Positions 22,873 through 32,873 of a stretch of DNA of 64,000 nucleotides are shown here, one piece after another (position 1 is the stretch's first letter; each line of letters starts with the position of its first letter). The stretch lies in the NCBI RefSeq assembly GCF_013004595.1, contig NZ_JABEMC010000001.1, positions 496,001-560,000 of the forward strand. Direction: 5' to 3'. Source of the DNA: Brevibacterium luteolum. Lineage in GTDB: Bacteria > Actinomycetota > Actinomycetes > Actinomycetales > Brevibacteriaceae. A program made the translations under genes and the position numbers. Below the pieces are notes generated by a model. The model was not told the DNA's origin and searched no databases. It worked only from the letters and a program-made list of their open reading frames with translations.

Positions 22873-23448
22873 TCAGTGCCCGAACGGATCCTCATCCGTG
22901 CCAGGCAGCCAGGACAGGCCCGGTTCGTTGTAGCCGAACTCGCGCTGCGCTCGTTTCCACTTCTTCGACCACTTCCGATCGAGCCGGTCGACGTACAGGG
23001 TGCCCTGGAGGTGGTCGTACTCGTGCTGCATGATCCTGGCGAACCAGCCCTCGACCGTCAGCGACACCGGCTCACCGGCGCCGTCGGCTCCGTTGATCGT
23101 GACCTTGTGGGCACGCTTGAGCGGGAAGTCCAGAGCCGGCACCGACAGGCAGCCTTCCGATTCGTCCTCGATGCTCGGCCGCCCGTCGGGGATCTTCGAG
23201 GCGACGAGGATCGGGTTGACGAACACGCCGCGCCGGCGCACACCGGCGACCTCATCATCGGCGTCGTAGACGAAGATCTGCTTGCCCACGCCGATCTGCG
23301 GAGCCGCCAGGCCCACCCCGTTGGAGGCGGCCAGGGTCTCGAACATGTCATCGATGAGCTCGGCGAGCTCAGCATCGAAGGACTCGATCTTCTCGGCTTT
23401 GCGGTGCAGCACCGGCTCACCGTAGACGACGATGGGATGAATGGTCAT
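22873..23448 (-). CDS. def: Peptide deformylase
   Basis: GVGLAAPQIG, EGCLS, QHEYDHL. Confidence 0.97.
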   Translation of the reverse strand: MTIHPIVVYGEPVLHRKAEKIESFDAELAELIDDMFETLAASNGVGLAAPQIGVGKQIFVYDADDEVAGVRRRGVFVNPILVASKIPDGRPSIEDESEGCLSVPALDFPLKRAHKVTINGADGAGEPVSLTVEGWFARIMQHEYDHLQGTLYVDRLDRKWSKKWKRAQREFGYNEPGLSWLPGTDEDPFGH

Positions 23449-23545
23449 GGCACCTGAGTCTAGCGCCCGGCCCGGCTCGGACGACGCCAGCACAGACGTG
23501 ATGTGCGTCCGCGCCCCGGACAGGATTACCAGTTGACCCGCTGCC

Positions 23546-23572
23546 GGAATAAGCTGAGACCCAACGCGGTTG
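23546..23572 (+). promoter_or_regulatory. SigH/SigR-type ECF promoter for cysK-cysE
   Basis: GGAAT-N18-GTTG (ggaat aagctgagacccaacgcg gttg). Confidence 0.7.
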
Positions 23573-23740
23573 AGCGCAGTAGAACTGCCTCCCGCAGTCA
23601 TCAGCAGCTGAAGCCATTGGCTGGTGTGTGAGCGAAGGGCTCAGCGCTTGCAGCTGTCCTGCTCTTCGCTGTCGACGTAATCCTCTCTGCTGAGTCGAGC
23701 CACGGCTCAGCCCAGACGTGCGAATCGAAAGGACACGCCC

Positions 23741-24670
23741 GTGAACATCTATTCCAATATTTCTGAGCTGGTCGGACGGACACCGCTCGTACGACTCAAC
23801 AAGGCCAGCGAGCGCAGCGGCGCGGAAATCGTTGGAAAGCTCGAGTTCTACAATCCGGCGAACTCTGTCAAGGACCGCATCGGCGTCGCGATGATCGATG
23901 CGGCTGAGAAGTCCGGCGAGCTGCGCCCCGGTGGCACGATCGTCGAAGGCACCAGCGGCAACACCGGTATCGCGCTGGCCATGGTCGGCGCAGCCCGCGG
24001 ATACAAGGTCATCCTCACGATGCCCGAATCGATGTCGAAGGAACGCCGCGCGCTGCTGCGCGCTTTCGGTGCCGAACTCGTCCTCACCCCGAAGGAGGAG
24101 GGCATGAAGGGCGCCGTCGCCAAGGCTGAGGAGATCGGCAAGCAGGACAACACCGTGCTGGCCCGTCAGTTCGACAACCCAGCCAATCCGCAGATCCACC
24201 GCGAAACCACTGCCGAGGAGATCCTCGCCGACACCGACGGCCAGGTCGATGCCTTCGTCGCCGGAATCGGCACCGGCGGCACCATCACCGGTGTGGGCGA
24301 GGTGCTGCGCAAGCACAACCCGGATGTCACGATCGCCGCCGTCGAACCGGCCGCCTCGCCGCTGCTGAGCGAGGGCACTGCCGGTCCGCACAAAATCCAG
24401 GGCATCGGCGCGAACTTCGTGCCCACCGTGCTCGACACCGAGATCTACGACGAGGTCTTCGCCATCGACGATGACGAGGCGATGGAGAAGGCCCGCCAGG
24501 TCGCCCGCGAAGAGGGCATCCTCGTCGGCATCTCCTCCGGCGCCGCCGTCGCGGCCGCCGAGAAGCTCGGCTCGCGTCCGGAGTTCTCCGGCAAGCGCAT
24601 CGTCGTCATCATCCCCAGCTTCGGCGAGCGCTACCTGTCGACTCCGCTCTACGCGGACTACATGGACTGA
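23741..24670 (+). CDS. cysK: Cysteine synthase A
   Basis: [35 protein letters not shown]. Confidence 0.97.
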   Translation: MNIYSNISELVGRTPLVRLNKASERSGAEIVGKLEFYNPANSVKDRIGVAMIDAAEKSGELRPGGTIVEGTSGNTGIALAMVGAARGYKVILTMPESMSKERRALLRAFGAELVLTPKEEGMKGAVAKAEEIGKQDNTVLARQFDNPANPQIHRETTAEEILADTDGQVDAFVAGIGTGGTITGVGEVLRKHNPDVTIAAVEPAASPLLSEGTAGPHKIQGIGANFVPTVLDTEIYDEVFAIDDDEAMEKARQVAREEGILVGISSGAAVAAAEKLGSRPEFSGKRIVVIIPSFGERYLSTPLYADYMD

Positions 24671-24677
24671 TCTGGGC

Positions 24678-25331
24678 ATGTCAGCACTGCAACGACTCGC
24701 GATCGGCGCGGCAGCCGCCTCGGCTGCCGCGCTCGGGGTCGCCTATGCCGCCCGGCCGGCATTCCGCCAGGCCCTCCGCGAGGACCTCGACACCGCCAAG
24801 CGCCGCGACCCGGCTGCCCGCAACGACCTCGTCACGCTCATCAGCTATCCGGGGCTGCACGCCATCTGGGCGCACCGCGGCATCCACAAGCTGTGGCAGC
24901 ACGAAGCCGGAAAAGTCCCGGCCCGCCTGCTGTCCCAGGCGGTGCGCACGCTCACCGGCGTGGAGATCCACCCCGGGGCCACGATCGGCCGACGCTTCTT
25001 CATCGACCACGCCAACGGCGTCGTCATCGGCGAGACCGCCGAGATCGGCGACGACGTCATGCTCTATCACCAGGTCACCCTCGGCGGGGCGACGATGGAG
25101 CAGGTCAAGCGGCACCCGACCATCGGCGACAACGTCATGGTGGGCGCGGGTGCGAAGATCATCGGTGCGGTCACCGTCGGCTCGGGCTCCTCGGTGGGAG
25201 CGAACGCCGTCGTCGTCAAGGACGTCCCGGAAGGTTCGACGGCCGTCGGCATCCCCGCGACGATCCGACAACCCCGCGACGGCCGACAAGCCAATGAGTG
25301 GAAGCTCGAAGATCCTGCCCTGTGGATCTGA
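24678..25331 (+). CDS. cysE: Serine O-acetyltransferase
   Basis: [30 protein letters not shown] hexapeptide repeats; C-terminal Ile. Confidence 0.95.
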   Translation: MSALQRLAIGAAAASAAALGVAYAARPAFRQALREDLDTAKRRDPAARNDLVTLISYPGLHAIWAHRGIHKLWQHEAGKVPARLLSQAVRTLTGVEIHPGATIGRRFFIDHANGVVIGETAEIGDDVMLYHQVTLGGATMEQVKRHPTIGDNVMVGAGAKIIGAVTVGSGSSVGANAVVVKDVPEGSTAVGIPATIRQPRDGRQANEWKLEDPALWI

Positions 25332-25475
25332 TGGGGAAGCCGGAACGTCACCTCGCCGGCTGAACGCCCGCCTCCTGTCGGCTGGCTCACGCCCAATGGC
25401 CTGAGCCGGCTCACAGGAAAGCCGGACTGCACTCACGACCATGTGCGCACAAGACGGGTGGCACCTGTCCATCCC

Positions 25476-25509
25476 GTGGTGACCACACTCGTCCATGGTG
25501 ACCACACTC
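25476..25509. repeat. Direct repeat tggtgaccacactc x2, each containing a palindrome
   Basis: Copies at 25477-25490 and 25496-25509; gtggtgaccac palindrome at 25476-25486. Confidence 0.7.
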
Positions 25510-25805
25510 ACGGCTTTGCGCTTTCTCAGCCTGGGCGATCCCGCTGCGTATCGACCCGGGGTCAGCGTCATCACTGCTTTCGCCTCCGAGTGAACCGCCG
25601 AGGGCCGGCGTCAGGCGCATCCGGGACTCGGCTGACAGCTTCCGCAGTCGCCATCGTAGTCCTCTTCACAGCACCGCGCCCGAGGCGGTTGCGGCTCCTG
25701 CCCCGCACCCACAGCGTGATCATTGTCACTGTGTGCGAGCTGCCGGCTTCGAACATCTCGCCGATGCTCTCGCCGCACCGTGTGCGAGGGGAGCGGCCTC
25801 AGCAT

Positions 25806-25831
25806 GGAATATCCGGCCGGGGAACGGTGTT
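25806..25831 (+). promoter_or_regulatory. SigH/SigR-type ECF promoter for the LLM monooxygenase operon
   Basis: GGAAT-N18-GTT (ggaat atccggccggggaacggt gtt), followed by AT-rich ttgaaagttaaa. Confidence 0.65.
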
Positions 25832-25869
25832 ACGCTAGTAGTAATTGAAAGTTAAATCAGCAGGGGTAG

Positions 25870-27018
25870 GTGAGCGCCGTGGAAATCGGCATCTTCTCGA
25901 TCGGCGACGTCACACCGGACCCGCACACCGGTCAGGCGCCGAGCGAACACCAGCGGATCATGAACATGATCGAACTGGCGACCACCGCTGAGCAGGCAGG
26001 ACTCGACACCTTCGCCGTCGGCGAGCACCACAATCCGCCCTTCGTCGCCCCCGGCACCCCGCCGGTGCTGCTGGCCCACATCGCCGCGCGCACGACCACG
26101 CTGCGGCTGTCGACGGCGACCTCGCTCATCACCACCAACGACCCGGTCAACATGGCTGAGGACTACGCGATGGCCCAGCACCTGTCTGCCGGTCGGCTCT
26201 CGCTCATGATGGGCCGGGGCAACACCGGGCCGGTCTACCCGTGGTTCGGCAAGGACATCCGCCAGGGCATCCCGCTGGCGGTGGAGAACTACAACCTGCT
26301 CCACCGGCTGTGGCGGGAGAAGAACATCTCATGGCAGGGCAAGTTCCGCAGCCCGCTGGAGGGCTACACCGTCACACCGTTCCCGCTCGACGACGTGCCG
26401 CCGTTCGTGTGGCACGGCTCGATCCGGTCCCCGGAGATCGCCGAGCAGGCCGCCTACTACGGCGACGGCTTCTTCCACAACAACATCTTCTGGCCCGAAT
26501 CCCACACCGCCCGGATGGTCAACCTCTACCGGCAGCGCTACGCCCACTATGGCCACGGCGCCGCCGAACAGGCCTTCGTGGGCCTCGGCGGGCAGGTGTT
26601 CATGGATGAGAAGTCCCAGGACGCCGTGAAGTTCTTCCGCCCGTACTTCGACAACGCCCCGGTCTACGGCCACGGCCCTTCCCTGGAGGACTTCACCGCC
26701 CAGACGCCGCTGACCGTCGGGTCCCCGCAGCAGGTCATCGAACGCTATCTCGGCATGCGCGAATGGGCCGGGGACTTCCAGCGGCTGCTCTTCCTCGTCG
26801 ACCACGCCGGCCTGCCCCATGACGTCGTGCTGCGCCAGGTCGAGGTCCTCGGCACCGAGGTCGCCCCGGTCATCCGCCGCGAGATGGACGCCGCCCGCCC
26901 GGCCGATGTGCCCGACTCACCGACCCACGACTGGCTCGTCGCACGCCACCGCGCCGGGAACGACCCGGTGCCCGGCGGCCGGCAGAGCGCCACCGCAGAG
27001 GAGGACACCGATGTTTGA
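25870..27018 (+). CDS. LLM-class flavin-dependent monooxygenase (CE1758-like)
   Basis: GEHHNPPF, MGRGNTGPVYPWFG, WHGSIRSPEIAEQAAYYGDGFF; start may be GTG 25879. Confidence 0.92.
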   Translation: MSAVEIGIFSIGDVTPDPHTGQAPSEHQRIMNMIELATTAEQAGLDTFAVGEHHNPPFVAPGTPPVLLAHIAARTTTLRLSTATSLITTNDPVNMAEDYAMAQHLSAGRLSLMMGRGNTGPVYPWFGKDIRQGIPLAVENYNLLHRLWREKNISWQGKFRSPLEGYTVTPFPLDDVPPFVWHGSIRSPEIAEQAAYYGDGFFHNNIFWPESHTARMVNLYRQRYAHYGHGAAEQAFVGLGGQVFMDEKSQDAVKFFRPYFDNAPVYGHGPSLEDFTAQTPLTVGSPQQVIERYLGMREWAGDFQRLLFLVDHAGLPHDVVLRQVEVLGTEVAPVIRREMDAARPADVPDSPTHDWLVARHRAGNDPVPGGRQSATAEEDTDV

Positions 27019-27799
27019 GATCGTCACTGTCGCCGCCGGCCTGAGCGAGGACTCGACGACCTCGCGGCTGGCCGCCCGGCTCGCCGCCGCCACTGCCTCG
27101 GCGCTGGAGACTACCGCGCCTGAGGTGACGGTCACTGAGATCAATCTGCGCACGCTGGCTAAGGAGATGGTCACGATAACCGTCTCCGGACTGCCCTCGC
27201 CAGCCCTGGAGGACGCCTTCGCCGCTGTGCAGCGGGCCGATGCGCTCATCACCGTCGCTCCGATCTACAACAGTCAGCCGGTGGGTCTGCAGACGCTGTT
27301 CTTCCAGCTCATCGATGATGCCGCGCTCGCCGGCACTCCGGTGCTCATCGGTTCGACCGGCGGCACCGCCCGGCATTCGCTGGCGGCTGAGACGAGCTTG
27401 CGCCCGCTGCTGAGCTACCTCAAGGCGATCATCGTCCCGACCGCGGTATTCGCCGCCACCGACGACTGGGGTGCGGACGCCTCGGGCATGGGGGAACGCG
27501 GCGGCCTCGCCGAACGGATCACGACAGCCGGTGCCGAACTGGCCGGCCTCGTGCACGCGCTGCGCCCAGCAGCGGCAGGAGAGGAAGCGGCCGGGGAGGA
27601 AGCAGCCGGGCCCGGTCTGCCGGAATACGAGCCCGCCCCTGGGGAAACGGAGGCACCGCAGCACGGCGGCGACCGGCAGCACGCCGGTGACCGGCCGCAG
27701 TTCGCCGCGCAGGTCGCCACGCCGGCGGTGCGCCGCGGACCGGTCGACGCACTCGACCCGAACGCCGTCACGCCGTTCGCCGAACTGCTCGGCAGCTGA
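27011..27799 (+). CDS. NAD(P)H-dependent FMN reductase (CE1759-like)
   Basis: AGLSEDSTT, GSTGGTARHSL, VPTAVFAATDDWG; overlaps the LLM gene. Confidence 0.88.
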   Translation: MFEIVTVAAGLSEDSTTSRLAARLAAATASALETTAPEVTVTEINLRTLAKEMVTITVSGLPSPALEDAFAAVQRADALITVAPIYNSQPVGLQTLFFQLIDDAALAGTPVLIGSTGGTARHSLAAETSLRPLLSYLKAIIVPTAVFAATDDWGADASGMGERGGLAERITTAGAELAGLVHALRPAAAGEEAAGEEAAGPGLPEYEPAPGETEAPQHGGDRQHAGDRPQFAAQVATPAVRRGPVDALDPNAVTPFAELLGS

Positions 27800-27847
27800 G
27801 CCGCGCGCCCCTGTCAGCCGGGCGGGGAAGGATGACACAATGGCGGC

Positions 27848-28816
27848 ATGAGCACGCAGACTGTCATGAGCGACCAGAGCATCCGCACCATCGCCTTCCC
27901 CGACTCCGAGCTGCGCGACCGGGTCATCGCCCGGATCCCGGCTCATCAGCGCGCCAACGTCGACCTCGTCGTGTACTCCGCTGAGGAGAAGTCCGACAAG
28001 ACCAGCCCGGACGACGTCGACGTCCTCATCCTGCCCTACACCGACTTCGGGCCGACGATCGAGCTGATCCCGCAGCTGGAGAACCTCAAGACGGTGCTGC
28101 TGCAGACCACCGGCTATGACCCCGTCGCCCACCTCCTCGACGAGGGCTACACCGTGGCCACGGCCTCGGGCGTGCACACCGGCAGCACCGCCGAACTCGC
28201 CGTCGCCTTAGTGCTCGCCAAGCTGCGCGGCATCGACGCAGCTGTTCGCGACATGGCCTCGCGGACTTGGAACCACCGACGCAGGCGCTCCCTGCAGGAC
28301 CGCCGGGTGCTCATCGTCGGTGTCGGGGAGATCGGCGATGCGATCGCCGCCCGGTTAGAGCCCTTCGACATCGACCTCACCCGCGTCGCCTCGCGCGCCC
28401 GCACCGATGACCGCGGTCAGGTGCATGGGCCGGACGAGCTGCCGAAGCTGCTGCCGCACGCCGAGGTCGTCATCCTCATCACCCCGCTGACCGAGGCCAC
28501 CCACCACCTCGTCGACGCCGCGTTCCTCGCCCAGCTGCCGGACAATGCACTCGTCGTCAACGTCGCCCGCGGAGCCGTCGTCGACACCGATGCGCTCGTC
28601 GAGGAGCTGCGCTCCGGCCGGCTGCAGGCCGCCCTCGACGTCGTCGACCCCGAGCCGCTGCCGGAGAACCACCCGCTGTGGGGCACCCCGAACACCCTGC
28701 TGACCCCGCACATCGGCGGTGACACGACCGCCTTCGAACCGCGCATCGTACAGATGCTCACCGAGCAGGTCCGCCGTATCAACGACGGGCAGCAGCCGCT
28801 CAACATCGTGAGCTGA
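27848..28816 (+). CDS. D-2-hydroxyacid dehydrogenase
   Basis: GVGEIG Rossmann motif, [22 protein letters not shown]. Confidence 0.92.
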   Translation: MSTQTVMSDQSIRTIAFPDSELRDRVIARIPAHQRANVDLVVYSAEEKSDKTSPDDVDVLILPYTDFGPTIELIPQLENLKTVLLQTTGYDPVAHLLDEGYTVATASGVHTGSTAELAVALVLAKLRGIDAAVRDMASRTWNHRRRRSLQDRRVLIVGVGEIGDAIAARLEPFDIDLTRVASRARTDDRGQVHGPDELPKLLPHAEVVILITPLTEATHHLVDAAFLAQLPDNALVVNVARGAVVDTDALVEELRSGRLQAALDVVDPEPLPENHPLWGTPNTLLTPHIGGDTTAFEPRIVQMLTEQVRRINDGQQPLNIVS

Positions 28817-28840
28817 ACCGCGCGTCTGCCCACCATACGT

Positions 28841-28875
28841 TCCGTGCCCGAGGCGGGTCCCGCCTCGGGCACGGA
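28841..28875. repeat. Perfect 17-bp palindrome built from the CCGCCTCGGG motif (REP-like, possible terminator)
   Basis: tccgtgcccgaggcggg-t-cccgcctcgggcacgga. Confidence 0.85.
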
Positions 28876-29022
28876 TGTGTCCTGGACAAATGGGCACGGA
28901 AGTCTTGCCCAAAGCCTGAGGCGACCGGCGCCTCGGGCCCGGACCTCGCAGGATTCCAGGCGGAGTGTCCGTCATGTGGGGCACCCGGTGGCAGAATCCC
29001 GGCGGCGACCTACACTGCCCTC

Positions 29023-30771
29023 ATGAGCACAGTGAACGAGGAATCAGCAGTGGAGAACCCGCAGTCCGGCAGCGTCGCCGACGGCGTTGACATCAAGCCC
29101 CGCTCCCGCGACGTCACCGACGGCCTGGAGCGGGCTGCCGCCCGCGGCATGCTGCGCGCGGTCGGCATGGGCGATGAGGACTGGGCCAAACCGCAGATCG
29201 GCGTGGCCTCCTCATGGAACGAGATCACCCCGTGCAACCTGACCCTGGAGAAGCTCGCCGGCTTTGCCAAGGAAGGCGTGCATAACGCCGGCGGCTACCC
29301 GCTGGAGTTCGGCACCATCTCCGTCTCCGACGGCATCTCGATGGGCCATGAGGGCATGCACTACTCGCTCGTCTCCCGTGAGGTCATCACCGACTCGGTC
29401 GAGACTGTCATGTCCGCCGAGCGCCTCGACGGCTCGGTGCTGCTGGCCGGCTGCGACAAGTCGATCCCCGGCATGCTCATGGGTGCGGCCCGGCTCGGCC
29501 TGTCGAGCGTGTTCCTCTACAACGGCTCGATCATGCCCGGTACTGCGAAGCTGTCTGACGGCACCGAACGCGAAGTCACCCTCATCGACGCCTTCGAAGC
29601 CGTCGGCGCCTGCCGTGCCGGCAAGATGACCAAAGCCGATGTCGATGCCATTGAACGCGCCGTCTGCCCTGGTGAAGGTGCCTGCGGCGGCATGTACACC
29701 GCCAACACAATGGCCTCAGCCGCCGAGGCGATGGGCATGTCCCTGCCCGGCTCAGCCGCCCCGCCGGCCATTCACCGCAACCGCACCCTCTTCGCCCGCG
29801 AATCCGGCACTGCTGTGGTCAACCTGCTGCGCCAGGGCATCACCACCCGCGACATCATCACCCGCGAATCGCTGCTCAACGCGATCGCCGTGACGATGGC
29901 CTTCGGCGGCTCGACCAACGCCGTGCTGCACCTCATGGCCATCGCCCACGAGGCGAAGGTCGACCTGAGCCTTGACGACTTCAACCGGATCGGCGACAAG
30001 GTCCCGCACCTGGGCAACGTCAAGCCCTTCGGCGAATACGTCATGAACGACGTCTTCAAGATCGGCGGCGTGCCGGTCATCATGAAGGCCCTGCTCGACG
30101 CCGGACTGCTCTACGGCGACTGCATGACCGTCACCGGCAAGACGGTCGCCGAGAACCTCGCGAAGATCAACCCGCCGGATCCCGACGGCAAGATCCTGCG
30201 CGCGCTGAACAACCCGATCCACGCCACCGGCGGACTCACCGTGCTCAAGGGATCGCTGGCCCCGGAGCGCGCGGTCGTGAAGTCCGCCGGCTTCGACGCC
30301 GACGTCTTCGAAGGCACCGCCCGCGTCTTCGACCGCGAACAGCCGGCCATGGACGCTGTGCTGGGCGGCGAGCTGAAGAAGGGCGACGTCGTCATCATCC
30401 GCTACGAAGGCCCCAAGGGCGGGCCGGGCATGCGCGAGATGCTCGCGATCACCGGCGCGATCAAGGGTGCTGGCATCGGCAAGGACGTCCTGCTCATCAC
30501 CGACGGCCGGTTCTCCGGCGGGTCGACCGGCCTGTGCATCGGCCACGTCGCCCCCGAGGCCGTCGACGGCGGGCCGATCGCCTTCGTCGAAGACGGCGAT
30601 AGGATCACCGTCGACATCGCCGCCCGCAGCATCGACCTCCACGTCGACGAGGACGAGATGGCCCGCCGCCGCGAGAACTGGCAGATGCCCGAGAACCCGC
30701 GCCTGCACGGCGTGCTCGGCAAGTACGCCAAGCTCGTCCAGTCGGCCTCGGTCGGCGCCGTGACCACCTGA
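29023..30771 (+). CDS. ilvD: Dihydroxy-acid dehydratase
   Basis: [42 protein letters not shown]. Confidence 0.98.
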   Translation: MSTVNEESAVENPQSGSVADGVDIKPRSRDVTDGLERAAARGMLRAVGMGDEDWAKPQIGVASSWNEITPCNLTLEKLAGFAKEGVHNAGGYPLEFGTISVSDGISMGHEGMHYSLVSREVITDSVETVMSAERLDGSVLLAGCDKSIPGMLMGAARLGLSSVFLYNGSIMPGTAKLSDGTEREVTLIDAFEAVGACRAGKMTKADVDAIERAVCPGEGACGGMYTANTMASAAEAMGMSLPGSAAPPAIHRNRTLFARESGTAVVNLLRQGITTRDIITRESLLNAIAVTMAFGGSTNAVLHLMAIAHEAKVDLSLDDFNRIGDKVPHLGNVKPFGEYVMNDVFKIGGVPVIMKALLDAGLLYGDCMTVTGKTVAENLAKINPPDPDGKILRALNNPIHATGGLTVLKGSLAPERAVVKSAGFDADVFEGTARVFDREQPAMDAVLGGELKKGDVVIIRYEGPKGGPGMREMLAITGAIKGAGIGKDVLLITDGRFSGGSTGLCIGHVAPEAVDGGPIAFVEDGDRITVDIAARSIDLHVDEDEMARRRENWQMPENPRLHGVLGKYAKLVQSASVGAVTT

Positions 30772-30818
30772 TCGCACTGTCCTGATCGACTGCGGCACCT
30801 GTGCCGGTGCCGCGCACC

Positions 30819-30863
30819 CGCTCCCGAGGCGGTGGCTGGGACCCAGCCACCGCCTCGGGAGCG
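30819..30863. repeat. Perfect 22-bp palindrome of the CCACCGCCTCGGG motif after ilvD
   Basis: cgctcccgaggcggtggctggg-a-cccagccaccgcctcgggagcg. Confidence 0.9.
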
Positions 30864-30915
30864 TCTGCACCAGGGGATCGACCGGACTGCCGTGCGGGTG
30901 TGCGAAGATCAGTTG

Positions 30916-31485
30916 ATGGAGCGCTACCTGGCGGCTTTTCCCCTCTTCATCCCTGCCTTCGCCCTTGGCGTGCTCATGGCCGTCGCAGTCTCCCGCGTCG
31001 GTGCCCGCAAACTGAGCGAACCGCGGTGGACAGTTGCCGCGTGGCTCACCTGCACAGCCTTTGTCCTGGCACTGACCCTGACCCCATCGCAGAGCGGACT
31101 CGAACGGTTCCTGACCGATGACGACTCAATTCAGAGGCGCGTCTGGGCATGGTCGCTGCCCAACATCTGGGCAGTCACAACCGTCAACTGGCAGTCGATG
31201 AACCTGCTCATGTTCCTGCCCCTGGGCCTGACCAGCGGACTCTTCGTCGCAGCCGCCCACCGCTGGTCGGCACTGGTGGTGGCCATGAGCCTGTCGTTCC
31301 TCGTCGAAGTCGGCCAGTACGCGATCATGGCTCTCGGCAGGTCGGTGTTCAGCTTCGCCACCGTCATCATCGGCTGGTGCGGCATCCTCGCCGGCTTCGG
31401 CCTCGCAGCGCTCATCCGTTGGGCGCTGTCCTGGCGCACGCTGCCTGCCACGCCGCGCCCATCACACACGCCCCGTTCACGATGA
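30916..31485 (+). CDS. VanZ-like membrane protein
   Basis: NLLMFLPLG and SFLVEVGQ..GR motifs, multiple TMs. Confidence 0.75.
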   Translation: MERYLAAFPLFIPAFALGVLMAVAVSRVGARKLSEPRWTVAAWLTCTAFVLALTLTPSQSGLERFLTDDDSIQRRVWAWSLPNIWAVTTVNWQSMNLLMFLPLGLTSGLFVAAAHRWSALVVAMSLSFLVEVGQYAIMALGRSVFSFATVIIGWCGILAGFGLAALIRWALSWRTLPATPRPSHTPRSR

Positions 31486-31529
31486 CATCACCAGCCACCT
31501 GTGCCCAGACTGACGGTTAGATTGGTGGC

Positions 31530-32267
31530 ATGGACACTCGCATCGCCGTCATCACCGGCGCAGGAAGCGGCATCGGCCGCGCGGTCGCCCGCACGCTCAT
31601 CGCCCGCGGCTGGCACGTAGCCGCCCTCGGCCGCCGCCGCGACCGGCTGGAGGAGAGCCTCGACGGTGCGGCCGGCTGCCTGGCCATCGACACCGATATC
31701 GCCGCTCCCGAGGCGGTGCGCGCGGCCTTCGAGCAGGTCGCTGAGACCTATGGCCGCCTCGACGTGCTCTTCAACAACGCAGGCATGTTCGGTCCCGCTG
31801 ATGACATCGGCGCAGCTGACTGGAACGAGGTGGCCCAGACGATCGACGTCAACGCCACCGGCGCGTTCTACTGCGCCAGTGCTGCCTTCGACCTCATGCG
31901 CGAACACGGCGGGCGGATCATCAACAACGGCTCGATCTCAGCGCAGGTGCCGCGCCCGCACTCGGTGGCCTATGCGATGAGCAAGCACGCGGTGGCCGGG
32001 CTGACGAAGGCCATCATCATCGACGGCCGGCCGCACCGGATCACCGCCACCCAGATCGACATCGGCAATGCCGCCACCGAGATCCTCACCAGCATCGGCA
32101 CCGGCGAGGGTGCCCTCCAGCCCGACGGGTCCAGGCGCGCCGAACCGAGCTTAGATCCTGAGATCGCCGGGCGGATGATCGCCGATATCGCCGAACTGCC
32201 GCTGGAGGCGACCGTCGATCAGCTGACGCTGACCGCCTCGGGTATGCCGTTCCCCGGCCGCGGCTGA
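31530..32267 (+). CDS. Short-chain dehydrogenase/reductase
   Basis: TGAGSGIG, NNAG, YAMSK. Confidence 0.93.
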   Translation: MDTRIAVITGAGSGIGRAVARTLIARGWHVAALGRRRDRLEESLDGAAGCLAIDTDIAAPEAVRAAFEQVAETYGRLDVLFNNAGMFGPADDIGAADWNEVAQTIDVNATGAFYCASAAFDLMREHGGRIINNGSISAQVPRPHSVAYAMSKHAVAGLTKAIIIDGRPHRITATQIDIGNAATEILTSIGTGEGALQPDGSRRAEPSLDPEIAGRMIADIAELPLEATVDQLTLTASGMPFPGRG

Positions 32268-32530
32268 GCAATCCGCCGCGCCGCTGCAACGGTCACCGCG
32301 GCAGCCCACAGCCCGCCGACGGGCAGTGAGATTGCAGCGGTGATGAGCAGAATGGTGGCGGCTGTCATCGGCCACGTCGGGCCGAGGCCGTCGAGGGTGG
32401 AGACCGGCAGGCCGAGCATCGAACCGAAGACGAACAGATAGGCCATGAGCGCTGCGAAGAGCGCGAGCGCGAGCCCGCCGAGAGCAAGCGGAGCGAAGGT
32501 GATGAGCGTGCGTCTGCGGGTCATGGTCAT
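32219..32530 (-). CDS. Small membrane protein
   Basis: Two or three hydrophobic helices, AGGAG RBS; 3' end overlaps the SDR gene. Confidence 0.6.
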   Translation of the reverse strand: MTMTRRRTLITFAPLALGGLALALFAALMAYLFVFGSMLGLPVSTLDGLGPTWPMTAATILLITAAISLPVGGLWAAAVTVAAARRIAQPRPGNGIPEAVSVS

Positions 32531-32873
32531 GGCAGCTCCTTGGGATGGCACCGGGGATGAGGTTGGCTTTCAGGCTATCTGCGGGTGGTGACATCACTTT
32601 CGGAACCGCCTGTGAAGACTGTGGGCTGCTTTCCTGGCAGCCGGCACGCGCCCCTTCAGCCTTATGCCCCTTCAGCGCAGTACCCGGCTCCACGAGGTGG
32701 AACCGGGCATAGCGTAAGAATCAGGGGGCTCGTGAGGGTCAGTCTTCGTCGGGAGCGTCGGCCTCGCGGCACCCTTGACGTTCTTCGTCAGTCCCGAGGC
32801 GGTTCCTGGCACCGCCTGCAGGCAGGCTCCGATTCGCTTAGGCGAACCTGCTGCACGACCTCGAAAGCCCCTC

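Noticed and set aside
23580..23740. SAM-I/SAM-IV riboswitch upstream of cysK
   Set aside because: The conserved cores (AUC.AGAG, GGCAACC) are not present; kept only as an unclassified structured leader.
25443..25838. Short ORFs in the cysE-LLM gap
   Set aside because: No RBS, atypical composition, no recognisable family.
30916..31485. VanZ-like gene as a glycopeptide-resistance cluster
   Set aside because: No vanHAX or vanRS nearby; VanZ-like proteins are widespread.
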